Source: Octopus sinensis (Eukaryota). Taken from it: 64,000 nucleotides of DNA. This document shows, in pieces, positions 1 through 13,016 of this stretch. The DNA lies in assembly GCF_006345805.1 (NCBI RefSeq), contig NC_043006.1, positions 104,470,001 to 104,534,000 of the forward strand, written 5' to 3'. How positions within the stretch are numbered: position 1 is the first letter of the stretch; the number at the start of each line of letters is the position of its first letter. The notes beneath the pieces were generated by a model. That model worked only from the letters and a program-made list of their open reading frames with translations. It searched no databases and was not told the DNA's origin. The translations under genes and the position numbers were made by a program.

Positions 1-540
1 TAAGAGAATAAATTTCGAAAATAATTAATTTCTTATTGAACATATTAATTTATATATAGAGGGCATAAAAACTTTTCCTCTCCCGAATGCAATTCGTAAA
101 AGTATGCCATTTACAGGATGTAATATATGTAAACTCACCATGTGCTTCGTTGATGTTGATCATTTAGCTGATCGGCTTAAGCGGGGCAGGGTCGTTTATT
201 TATGATACATTCAGCCTGCTGATGAATACGTAAGTATGAAATCACTGTGATACAGGTCTATATTTTTTTTAAATGTCTTATTTTGAAAAATTGCATTCGG
301 TGGGATTAGTAATATTTTTGGTAGAATGACTAATTGTCCCTCTTAGCGTTTGGCATGTATGTATAATGCTCTCTGGCATGTATGTATGATGCCCTCTATA
401 GATAAATTAATATGATCAATAAGAAATAATTATTTTCGAAATTTATTCTCTTATGAGGTTTTTACGCTATCTACCTGACATTTCTTGTTAAGTTTTCCTT
501 ATTAAGTAGTTTTCCTTAATTGCTAAATATAGATTATTAT
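1..540 (+). mobile_element. Penelope-like (PLE) fold-back element, cut by the window start; inverted arms 1-65 / 389-453
   Basis: taagagaataaatttcgaaaat...gagggcat at 1-65 is the near-perfect reverse complement of 389-453; a hammerhead lies between the arms; (TA)n follows at about 540. Confidence 0.65.
214..257 (+). ncRNA. Type I hammerhead ribozyme motif
   Basis: Stem I gcctg/caggt; CUGAUGA 219-225; stem II atac-gtaa-gtat; GAAA 238-241; palindromic stem III tcac-t-gtga; AUA cleavage triplet, cut after 252. Confidence 0.85.
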
Positions 541-546
541 ATATAA

Positions 547-581
<35 letters not shown>

Positions 582-757
582 CTGTCCTTTTATATTTGCG
601 TTCTATAAAAACAAGGGACAATGATGCATAGACGGAGAACGCAATTGTTTAATTGATGTAATTCACTCCAAGGTCCACGTTTAGTCCCAATTTCCCGTTC
701 CCATATATCTTACGTCGTATTTCAGGTTACTTGCCGATGAGTGAGTTTATGTGTGCA

Positions 758-789
<32 letters not shown>

Positions 790-792
790 AAT

Positions 793-823
<31 letters not shown>

Positions 824-1255
824 ATTTATGTATATATGTATTGTACCACTCATTATTGGTGTTGTAGAAAACAGAAACATGTAAAATATAACAAAAAGGA
901 GGAGTTGTATTGTACCGATAAGAGTCACTCAATTAACATTATCTCCTATGAAAGTAGGCAACCACAAATGCTTAATCTTCGTAAATGATAAGAAGAATAC
1001 CATGTTTAGAGACAAACTAGTAATCGCTTGTTACTATAGAACTGAAACGTAATTTTCTTAGCAGAAAGACGATAAGCTATCGCAGTTCAAATTTATACAT
1101 AGAATTAAGACGTAGTTGATATGTAATTGCGTGTTACTGTAAGCAAAAATTGATAACGAAGTTTACGATCATGGAAGTAGCTTGTTTCTATTAAAATGTA
1201 AATTAGGTTCTGGACATATGTAAGTATGGATGTACATGTGTACACACACACACAT

Positions 1256-1300
<45 letters not shown>

Positions 1301-1372
1301 TATATATATATATACATACATTTTTATATATATCGATATATATATATACATATATACTCATACACCTATATA

Positions 1373-1434
<62 letters not shown>

Positions 1435-1536
1435 GGAGTAAACACATAAATATGAAACAAGGTGGAAAAAAGAGTACTCATATACCAGTGGTAGAGTAAT
1501 ATGCTTTATTTTAAGCAGCAGAAAATTCAACAAAAT

Positions 1537-1574
1537 CTGTTACTCTGAGATTCTCGTTGCCGTTCATCAGACAG
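1537..1574 (-). ncRNA. Hammerhead motif, family A tail-bearing arm (GAAA mutated to GAAU)
   Basis: Minus strand reads ctgt CUGAUGA acggcaacga GAAU ctcagag UA acag. Confidence 0.6.
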
Positions 1575-2190
1575 TTTTTGCTAGAATGGAACTGATATAT
1601 CAATTCAATCTATACTCTTACAAACGCTACACCTTTAAAAATAAATGGACTTGTTTGATGGATACATATACATACCGTCGTGTATATGTGTGCTTAAGCA
1701 CAAACATACTTTCACTTACACATACACAGATACGGATGCTTACAAATACATATGCTTTGCTATACACATACTTATATAAACATTCTAATTTTGACAACAT
1801 TGCTTTTTTTAAAAAACATTGCTTTTAAAAATGGGTGCATTAATAAAAATATATACGAAAGACATATAAAATGAAATATAACATCCTATTTTGGGTCATT
1901 TATAAATAATCAAGGTAATATAAATAATCAAGGTAATCCTATGCAATACAATAACATGAAAACAAAGTTTGTAGGTTTTTCCTAATATATATGTAGAAAC
2001 ATAGGACTTTGCTATACGGATTAAGATCCGCATAGCATGGAAACAAAATCCATCGTAGCGCTCAAGAGTCAAAATCAAAATCAAAAATCAAAAATACAAA
2101 ATATATACTCTATCCATATGGTATATTTATATTCGACATTTTAAATTTAGCCGCGTGCCTACATAAGTCCATTAACTCACTTCTTTGATT

Positions 2191-2415
2191 TGGGAAATAA
2201 AAGAAAAGGAAGCCCCACCTTTCAACGTGACATGGAGCATTCTGGACAGGCGGCACCATACGGGCATGGAGCTTACAAAAATAATTTCAAGTGCAGACTT
2301 TGTCTATTAGAGAAAACGTACATCTAATTCTTTGAATCAAAGAAGTGAGTTAATGAACTTATGTAGGCACGCGGCTAAATTTAAAATGTCGAATATAAAT
2401 ATACCATATGGATAG
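2191..2415 (+). pseudogene. C-terminal fragment of a Penelope-like (Neptune-type) GIY-YIG endonuclease ORF
   Basis: Manual translation with frameshifts: WEIKEKEAPPFNVTWSILDR / APYGHGAYKNNFKCRLCLLEKTYI* / LNQRSELMNLCRHAAKFKM. This matches the W-x-I-L, CxLCLxEK and LNxRSE...CRH motifs that end Neptune-type PLE proteins. Confidence 0.8.
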
Positions 2416-3468
2416 AGTATATATTTTGTATTTTTGATTTTTGATTTTGATTTTGACTCTTGAGCGCTACGATGGATTTTGTTTCCATGCTATGCGGATC
2501 TTAATCCGTATAGCAAAGTCCTATGTTTCTACATATATATTAGGAAAAACCTACAAACTTTGTTTTCATGTTATTGTATTGCATAGGATTACCTTGATTA
2601 TTTATATTACCTTGATTATTTATAAATAACCCAAAATAGGATGTTATATTTTATTTTATATGTCTTTCGTATATATTTTTATTAATGCACCCATTTTTAA
2701 AAGCAATGTTTTTTATAAAAAGCAATGTTGTCAAAATTAGAATGTTTATATAAGTATGTGTATAGCAAAGCATATGTATTTGTAAGCATGCGTATCTGTG
2801 TATGTGTAAGTGAAAGTATGTTTGTGCTTAAGCACACATATACACGACGGTATGTATATGTATCCATTCAAACTTGTGTATGTATACTGGTCTCTATAGA
2901 TGCCAATAACATCGTTACACTGCTTATTTCGTTTTTTCCCCACCCCTCCTTCGTTTCTTTTTTCTCTCTTTCCCTTTCTTTCGTTCCCCCTCCTTGCTCA
3001 GTATATGAGAATTGCTACATAGATGAATTTTAGCTTGCGTGCGAGACGGTTTGCGTGAATATATGTACACATGCTTTTATGTGTATATTTAGACTTATAT
3101 TCATACGTCTGTATATGTATGTATGGCGTTTACGCGCATCCTTTTGTGTATGTTGATATATATATATGTAGATTTTAATATAAATATGTATTGCAGTATT
3201 TATAACAGGTTTAATTTCTATGCATTAATTTGCACTGTCTTCATTAACGTCAATAGGTTTTTTCCTCGGATTTTATAATTTTTATAATTTTTATAATTTT
3301 TTATAAGTTTTTATATATATATACATATATTTTTGACCTTTTTGTTTATCGCTCGAAGATTGACCGTTTTTTCTAAAGGGCCAATCAAACAAGTCCATTT
3401 CTTTTTAAAGGTGTAGCGTTTGTAAGAGTATAGATTGAATTGATATATCAGTTCCATTCTAGCAAAAA

Positions 3469-3506
3469 CTGTCTGATGAACGGCAACGAGAAACTCAGAG
3501 TAACAG
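3469..3506 (+). ncRNA. Type I hammerhead motif, family A
   Basis: ctgt/acag stem I; CUGAUGA 3473-3479; very short stem II cg-gcaa-cg; GAAA 3490-3493; quasi-palindromic ctc-a-gag; GUA cleavage after 3502; AATAAA about 30 nt downstream. Confidence 0.75.
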
Positions 3507-3538
3507 ATTTTGTTGAATTTTCTGCTGCTTAAAATAAA

Positions 3539-3580
<42 letters not shown>

Positions 3581-3682
3581 CAATTTATGTAACTATATCG
3601 CTTATGAAGTGCGAATATCTACCTCGAACGCACAAATACCTGTCTCTATCAAGTTATATGTCTATTTATCTATATTTAGGCA

Positions 3683-3718
<36 letters not shown>

Positions 3719-3800
3719 TATGTAATGCGTATATATACAAACATAGTAAGATATACAGATATGTGCGTGTGTGTGCATATGTGTGTGTATGTGTGTATAA

Positions 3801-3840
<40 letters not shown>

Positions 3841-3868
3841 ATATACATATGTATATATATATGTATAC

Positions 3869-3900
<32 letters not shown>

Positions 3901-3911
3901 TATATATATAA

Positions 3912-4619
3912 TAATAATAAGGGTAAATAATTTCTATAATGGTTTTTAAAAAAAGTCCACAATTATTTACTGGTGGAATTCGGTATGTAAATATAGCCGA
4001 TTACCGGCAGGAACTTCTGTAAAGTTCAGTATATATATTGTATATAAGAAAAAGGGACAGGCAACAGGTTGCTTGACCGCATACCGAAAAAAGTAGAAAT
4101 AGCAGTCAAAAATGCTTATTTCTAATTTCCACAAATGGGGCTCCAGGCACGACAAACCCTGTAATTCACATATGCAAACAGAAGGAATAGATATTCGACA
4201 ACGAAGTCTGGTGGTTATCTGTGAACATCATGTTTCTGGATTATAAACATATTGAATATATATTTCATATATACTTTTGATATATATTTCATATATATTG
4301 CATTTATATTTCACATCCTTCTTCAGCTCAGCTTTCCATTGAAATAGATTTATCATAGATTTATCAAATGCTACGTACCTCAAACCTTCTGACCATGCGA
4401 CATCAAAATATTTGAAGAAAGCGAGCAAAGGCTAAACCTACATAGACGTTTGAATTCATAAATCTTCCCTCCAAAATTTTGCCATGCGCACTACAAAAAT
4501 AGTTCCATAGGAGTAGGAACTATTGGGTTGTCGTAAGGGAGTGAAAAATCCAATTAGTAATATAATAATAAGGATGTGAAATATATAAAAATATATATGA
4601 AATATATATTCAATATGTT
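3912..4619 (-). mobile_element. Probable PLE-type asymmetric fold-back, distantly related to family C; arms 4246-4320 / 4570-4619
   Basis: (TA)n on both sides. gaattcggtatg and gcataccgaa...agaaatagcag resemble family C tail and arm sequence. aaggatgtgaaatata is inverted against tatatttcacatcctt. No hammerhead found. Confidence 0.45.
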
Positions 4620-4659
4620 ATATATATATATATATATATATACATATGTATACGTACAT

Positions 4660-4744
<85 letters not shown>

Positions 4745-4769
4745 GTTCAAAACACACACACACAGGTGA

Positions 4770-5937
<1,168 letters not shown>

Positions 5938-6324
5938 ATGAATTTTCTGGTTAATTCCGTAATGGAATCGACGGCTTATATTTATTTGCTGCCGATAAAT
6001 TTGGCGCGAGTGCGATGATTTGAAAATTTTAGGTCAGATATTGCCTTGGCAGGGTCGGAAATGCCTCGTGAAAATATCTGTTCCGACTTGGCTATTTCTT
6101 ACTGAAGAATCTGAGGGCCTATGGAAGATTGGCTTGATTTAATTTAATCAGGTTAGTTTACCATTAAACAGCAGATGAAACGGTGCATCGTATTAGAAAT
6201 TACAGGGTAAATGTTTTTTAAATTTTCTCCTTGTTTACGGAATTGATTTTTATTTGCGGTTGAAGCTTTGGCTGTTATTTCTAGTGGGTGAATGGCCTAT
6301 TATGGCCGTTCCTTGATTGTTGAT

Positions 6325-6398
<74 letters not shown>

Positions 6399-6399
6399 C

Positions 6400-6941
6400 A
6401 CAAAATTTAGAGGACTGACCACTAAAAGTGGACAGACTATATGCTAAACATAGACGTGAAATCGGTATTACCACGAAGAATGTGTTCTCAAGAAAAATCT
6501 CACCAAAGAACCAAAATGTGAAAATAAGCAAGACAAAAGAAAATATACGGAATAATAAAAACGATTTCCTTCCAGTTCTGGAAATTTTGTTTTGTAAACG
6601 ACAGACTATGCTGATGATCTTGCAGATGTTTGCGTGTCCATATACGTAAATATTAACAAGTGAAACCATGGTACGTAGGTAATCGTTTCTTATTTCGTAT
6701 ATTTTCATTTGTCTTGCTTATTTTTACATTTTCGTTCTTTACTGAGATTTTTCTTGAGAACACATTCTTCGTGGTAAATGGTGATTTGGCGTCTATGTTT
6801 AGCATATAGGCTGTCCACTTTTAGTGGTCAATCCTCTTAACTTTGTATGTAAAACAATTTGTAATCTTCGGATTTTTTAAAAAATATGCTAAGCCACTGG
6901 TTTTAATTGATTAATATCAATTTCTACCCTTACTTAATTTT
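6400..6941 (+). mobile_element. PLE-derived fold-back element, family D (arms 6400-6570 / 6677-6846; tail 6847-6941)
   Basis: Left arm abuts (TA)n; hammerhead in the spacer; tail contains the hairpin aattgat-taat-atcaatt (6905-6922). Confidence 0.8.
6606..6678 (+). ncRNA. Type I hammerhead motif, family D
   Basis: ctatg/cgtag stem I; CUGAUGA 6611-6617; stem II cttg/caag with about 35-nt loop; GAAA 6662-6665; palindrome ccatgg; GUA cleavage after 6673. Confidence 0.8.
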
Positions 6942-6948
6942 ATATGTA

Positions 6949-7323
6949 TCTCTCTCTATATAAACGGCAGTTTGTCTGTGCGTGTTTCTGTGTGTCTGTT
7001 TGCTTGTACCCTCACCCTCACCACGGCTTTCAACCGATTCTGATGAAACTTGACACACACATAGCCCAATGTCATAATTCAAAACTAACGCAGCGAAAAT
7101 TTTGAAAAGTTCCCCCAGTTCTGAAAAAAATCGATAAATTCGACATGGGGTCGAGAATCAGAAACACGAACCACGAACTGTGTAGGGGACGCAACTCCAC
7201 CTTTTTTAACTATCAAAAAAAAATTTACCATCATTTTTTTGCTGTTTTTTGGCTATAACTCTCTAAAAATGCTTTATAGTTATTTCCCTTACAAACCAGA
7301 GCAACGCCGGGCGATACTGCTAG
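6949..7323 (+). mobile_element. Non-autonomous Helitron
   Basis: A|TC start (tctctctctatataaa...gtctgtg); GC-rich cgccgggcg near the end; CTAG|T terminus at 7320-7323; no TSD. Confidence 0.75.
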
Positions 7324-7581
7324 TATATTTATATATATACAATTGCAGCATGAAATGTGTTTACAAGCCTTTCATAAAACATACGAAAGTGTTTGATTCA
7401 CTTCAACGTTTAAATTTAAAAGTTGAAGTGAATCTAAAGGATTTTGTGTTTTTTAAATGGCTTATAAACACCTCCAAACCTTCAACGATACAACTATCTT
7501 TGTTGCAGCACACGATCCCTGATCTAGTCATTTGCTATGCAAGTTCATCTCCCTAATATATATATATATATATATATTATC

Positions 7582-7768
7582 TTTTACTTGTGTCAGTCAT
7601 TAGACTGCGGCGGAGCTGGGACACTGCTTTGAAGCCTTTTTAGTCAATCTATTCGACCCCAGTATTTAATTTTTTGATAAGATTGGTAGTTATTCTCATG
7701 GTCTCTTTTGCGGAATTGCGAAAATACGGAAATGTAAACATACCAACCCCGGTTCTCAAAGGGATAAT

Positions 7769-7812
<44 letters not shown>

Positions 7813-7832
7813 CACAGACAGACAGACACACA

Positions 7833-7870
<38 letters not shown>

Positions 7871-8035
7871 TATATATATATATATATATAGACGGCGCTT
7901 CTTTCAGTTTCCGTCTACTCACAAGACTTTAGTCGGACCATCAGCTTAGTAGAAGACAGTTGCCCGAGGTGCTATGCAGTGGGACTGAACCCAGAACCCT
8001 GTGGTTGGGAAGCAAATTTCCTGCCGCATAGTTAC
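7582..8035 (-). mobile_element. tRNA-derived SINE, family 1 (octopod OK/OR-like, internal microsatellite)
   Basis: Reverse complement of ...ggttcagtcccactgc...ggcacc(t)tcgggcaa...gaaactgaaagaagc; homologous copies at 31.8, 41.7, 44.1 and 48.0 kb. Confidence 0.75.
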
Positions 8036-8172
8036 GCTATATGTGCGTTTATGTGTATACACACACACACACATATATATATAAATGTGTGTGTGTGTGT
8101 GTGTGAGTTTAAATATACATAAATACACACACATATGCACAAACATAAATATATATATACACACACACAAAT

Positions 8173-8213
<41 letters not shown>

Positions 8214-9443
8214 CACATAAATACATAGACACACACAAACATATATATATATATATTTGTATGTATGTATGTATATGTACATGCATTTAAAACAATACAT
8301 GCTATACTTTTCAACATTTAATCACACAATCTTATAAGAGTTTCACTTACATAAGGCGTGTAGTAGCTACATAATATAAATTGCATAATCAAGGGCTGTT
8401 GTCAAACCATCAGAGACGTGTTACTTTATAAGTAACACTTCTATAATTCAAGAATTTTATCTATAAGAATTACATGTCTATGACGATTTGGCAATAAGAC
8501 TTGCTTGTTTAACTTACTTTAGCTAATAATCGCCTTGTGTTAACGAACGAGCGAAAGATTGTGTAACTAGATATAAAGAATGACTAAGTTTATTTCCTAC
8601 AAGTACATAGTGGAACACCGAGACCCAGGATTCATAACAAATAACACAAATAGAATAATATAAACGATTATATAAATGGTGTCCTAAATGCAAGCTATTT
8701 GCGATGTAGTTTAAAGTTTGAACAACACTACACGCGCGTACACGAACTGCCACACACACACACCCATATCGTCTAAAGTAATAAATAAAAACTCATACCC
8801 CAAAAGGTGCGTAAGCACAAGGATATGTCACGACTCTGAATCTGTTCACAACAACTCCAATAAATAAAAGCATACGCATGCACATACTTAGATATACGCA
8901 CATACAAATATATATATTATGCATTGTACTAACTCCACTCTTTTTCTAAGCGTGGGACCTTGTTCCATCAAGGACACTGCTGAATTTCGACTTCCATAAT
9001 TTACAACATTACTTTATAATACGATACGCAATGCGTGTCTTATGAATTTATATTAATTATGTATTTATATGTATTTATATTAATAATTAGAAGAAACAAC
9101 AGAATGACTGTAGGGCATAGAATTTCGCGCGTTAGCACATATCAAACAGGTTACAGATTAGATAGATCTAAATACTTATATATACCAGAAGAGTGCCTTC
9201 TAGGCGGTTTTCTGCAAGTCAGTCGATAATATTTCCACATTTGATTCCCAATTCTAATAATTTTTATGGTATATTATGTCTGATTATTTATTTGTATTAT
9301 AGTGCACACTTGCTTAGTAAATATTGCTTTCATTGTTTTATCAGTCATAATCTCTCTTTTTTAAAGAGTCAATCTGTTATATATGTTTATCATTAATAAT
9401 TGGTAGAACTTACACAGGTGTGCATAGATAGATAGATAGACAG

Positions 9444-9498
<55 letters not shown>

Positions 9499-9501
9499 TA
9501 T

Positions 9502-9534
<33 letters not shown>

Positions 9535-11695
9535 AAGAAAGATAGGTACAGAGATGAATGGATTGATGGTGGGATACACACACACACAAGAGACTGGTGC
9601 TAGGAGAACACATAGGAACGTCGTTTCCTTACTTTTTCAAATATATCCAAATTTAAAATTATCTAATAAATTGATATCATACATTCAGCATGTGTTGAAA
9701 TATGCCAAATCAAGTTAATTACACACATTGATCTGTTGAGAAAAATTGAAGGACTTAAAAGACTAAATGCAACTTTCATCAGATCCATTTCTGGTATAGA
9801 CCAATTGAGTAAATATTTCAATAACGTATCTAGAATGACTACTGGAAACAGCCGTAAGCCAAGTCTGTTCTAATAAAAATATCTGTAATGACCATTATTT
9901 ATAACTTGTCATATTTATATTGAATAGTCCCGCAGTGAATATTCTGGCCGAAGCTATTTGTATTCATTTATTACCTATTATCATTATTAATTATATATAT
10001 AATTGGAGATGGATTTCGTATTAGTATTTATTCGATACGACGATCGTTTCGACCCATCGTACGACTGTCCTTTATGGGTTGGATGATGTGCCTCATATTG
10101 TGTTGCATTGATTTTGCAGTCTGGGTCACGTCAAGTACATGCATACACACAGTGATATTCCGCTAAAAATATTGAGTTCAGCCAGTTATGACGTTATTTG
10201 CCCGCTTCGTTAGGGAAAGAGGGGCTTTTTCTACAATTGTCGGTATGTTAAATATTCGCATTGTAAAAACCTTTACTTTTCTCAAGTAAGATTTTCTATT
10301 ATATATTATTATGGTTTACATCGATAACAACACCAATGATAACAGCAACATTACTACTATATGTCTTTACTATTTATTATTATTTAAGTAATATCATTTC
10401 ATTTAGTATTTGATTTGAAATCCACAGATAGATCGGTTCTATGAAGCAGTGAAAGAACTACTAGACCAAACTCTCAAAAACTTGATCCTCTTCAGTGCCA
10501 AATAGCATTGGTAACATTTCTGTGGAATGAAAAATGGCTGCCGCAGTGATCTATTTTATTCCAGTTGCTGTGATGATAGATAATTTTCTAATTATATGCC
10601 AAACCAACAATAGACACAGCTATAGTAAAGATTGATACAAATATAAACACATTGATACTGCAAGCATAACCATCACACATGTCTCGTATTTCCCTACAAA
10701 ACTTCTTAGACAAAGATAGCAGAATCATATACAGTTGTTTCGTATCATTTTACGCAGTCTTTATACAGTGCTTGCTCTGTTTTATAAAGTCTATAAATCT
10801 TTATGCAGTCTGAACATATTTCTTTTTCTATTTCTCTAAATTTGTATTTAATAGCACCTTTTTATTGAGAGTAGGTTCAATATTACATATAACAGGATAC
10901 TACTTCTTATTGGTACATGCCAAGAAAACAAGATTTTAATACGTAAAAAAAAAGAATGCCCTAAGATAAATATAGATAATGTTTCTGTTATTAGGTGCAT
11001 ATATATATTTCAACACAAAAAATGTTGGTAGACTTCCTATAAAAGACTTCTATATCTGTAAATGCAAACTTATATCAGTCATAGATAGGAGATGTTTTAG
11101 AAATGTCGACTTTCCAAAACCAGCGTCAAAGAGAATATTTAGTGACAACTGCGTAGATTCTTCCAGTTTCTCTCTCTAGGTTATAAATCGTTTGCTACAA
11201 TTCACATTTGTAGCATTGGTTGCAGTTAGTACGAGTTTAAGTGACATTCTGCTGAACGAAGCAAACAATTTATCAAAGTGTTTGGGACAAAAAGGGCTAC
11301 TTTTTTGATAAAAATTAGTTCAGGACTTCTTATCTTTTGAAATAACTAAGAATTGCGTGAATTACTTATTGGAAAGAAGCTGTGTCCAAAAATACTAGAA
11401 TTTTACGAAGCAACATTAGAAACTGACGTCATTGACATCACTGAGCTGACCAAAAGAAAAAGGAGAATGCAAACTGTCAATGCAGAATATTTGGAGGTGT
11501 CAATGGAGTCTCACGATAAAAATTTATTTATTGAAGAGATATGACTAATATTTACGGAACAGCGTATCCAAGATGTGAATATTTATTAGAGAAGCAGTAA
11601 CAATGAAAAAATTCTTGCTATGGAATTCCTAAATTACAGTATCACTATTTTATAGAAATTTGGATTACCTAGTCAGGGAGTACAGCCGTAAAGAA

Positions 11696-12128
11696 GGACA
11701 TTTTTGGTTTGAACGGCAGTTTTTTCTAGCGGTGTTATATGAAATTGTCATCCATAATTATGACCCTAGAATCGATCTATTGCATTTCAATCTGTTTTAG
11801 GGTTAGGGTTAGTTAGGGTTAGAGTTAGGGGTGGGGGAATGTTATCTTTTTTTCTTTACAAATGTAAATAAACCCAATCTGTTTCTTAAATGAGGGACAT
11901 ATTCATACGGCACAGAATACTTTTTAACTCAATAGACGTCACTGATAGGTTGAAATTGTAGAAATTGAAGAAAAAAAAACAACAAATATCTTACAAACTA
12001 TAGAATTTTCTCAATAAAGTCAAGAGAAAAAGATGTTTTATAAACACATTCTACCAGTATACGAAGTCTAACATTTTTTAGTCACCTAGAAATTATGTTA
12101 AAAACTGCCATTCAAACCGAAAAGATCC
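11696..12128. mobile_element. Merlin-like MITE with 8-bp TSD and internal telomere-type repeats
   Basis: TSD gtaaagaa at 11688-11695 and 12129-12136; about 30-bp imperfect TIRs starting GG (ggacatttttggtttgaacggcagttttt / aaaaactgccattcaaaccgaaaagatcc); (TTAGGG)n at about 11797-11830. Confidence 0.7.
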
Positions 12129-12174
12129 GTAAAGAAAAATCGTATACTTTGCACGTAATATCCCACTACCATAA

Positions 12175-12335
12175 AGGCGGCGAGATACTTCCTGAGTTCA
12201 AATTCTTCCGAGGTCCACTTTGTTTTTTTTTATCTTTTCAGGGGCCCATAAAATAAGTACTAGTTGAGCACTGGAGTCGGTGTAATCAACCTCCCCTCTC
12301 CCTCGAAATTGCTAGCCTGGTGCCAAAATGTGAAG
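12175..12335 (+). mobile_element. SINE family 2, partial
   Basis: ggcggcgag...ctgagttcaaattcttccgaggtc...aaataagtactagttgagcactgg matches the family 2 copies elsewhere. Confidence 0.6.
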
Positions 12336-12822
12336 CAAAAAACCCTGCTGCCACGAAACTCAAGAACAAGAAGATATATTAGATGCATTTTACACAAAGT
12401 GAGGCCGGAAGAACTACAGCCTAATTCTTCTCAAACATAAGGTAGAAACTTTCTTGTACTGCTACAGAATCTGGCTTCCTCTCGCACTAATATCAGGTAT
12501 TAAATCTGCTGTTCAATAACACGTAGCTATAATTCAACTGAATTAATCGTGCGAAGGACTCTCTAAAAGTAATTAGAGTTAATTGATTTAACTTGATTCA
12601 TAATTTTAAAATAACATTAATTTCAATTTATTTTCTGATTTAATCGTCACCTTAGATACTAATGGGTAACTATGCATTTTGTGAGGTTATCTAAAATTAT
12701 TTAGTGCTCGTAGGGGTGATTGCCCGCCTCTGAATTTTTCAGTCATTTGTTGAAGTTTATCACCTTTCATATACGTTCGTATCACAGTTACTAAGAGATT
12801 CTCGGACAAAAGCAAATAATCT

Positions 12823-13016
12823 CTTTTTAAAGTAGAAGAAATAGCTAAGGTTCTCTGGCTGCTATTTCTAAACTTCGGTATGTGGTAAAGTAAATCTTTG
12901 CTGAACCCTAATTATAAAATAATACTTAAGTTTATCGAGAAATGGTCCCTTTTCATGCCGAATTCTACTTGGTAAAATTATTGATTACAATTAATTAATT
13001 TTACCCTTTGTTATTG
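12823..13016 (+). mobile_element. Family C arm plus tail (truncated copy)
   Basis: Matches the 18356-18448 arm, followed by the reverse complement of tail 17933-18040; ends at (TA)n. Confidence 0.75.

Larger units (their letters stand above)
1433..3541. mobile_element. PLE-derived fold-back element, family A (tail 1433-1502; outer arms 1503-1658 / 3385-3541; inner arms 1653-2190 / 2335-2873)
   Basis: Flanked by (TA)n on both sides. Identical 62-aa ORFs on opposite strands (1896-2084 and 2441-2629) confirm the inner inverted repeat. Contains a hammerhead, AATAAA and a PLE ORF remnant. Confidence 0.85.

Noticed and set aside
7035-7060. Hammerhead at ctgatgaaac
   Set aside because: No stem II; it is part of the Helitron body.
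11180-11544. Possible exon or transposase remnant (LRELLIGKKLCPKILEFYEA...)
   Set aside because: In-frame stops, no donor site and no recognisable motif.
11797-11830. Chromosome end or telomere
   Set aside because: Only a few imperfect TTAGGG units inside a TSD-flanked element.
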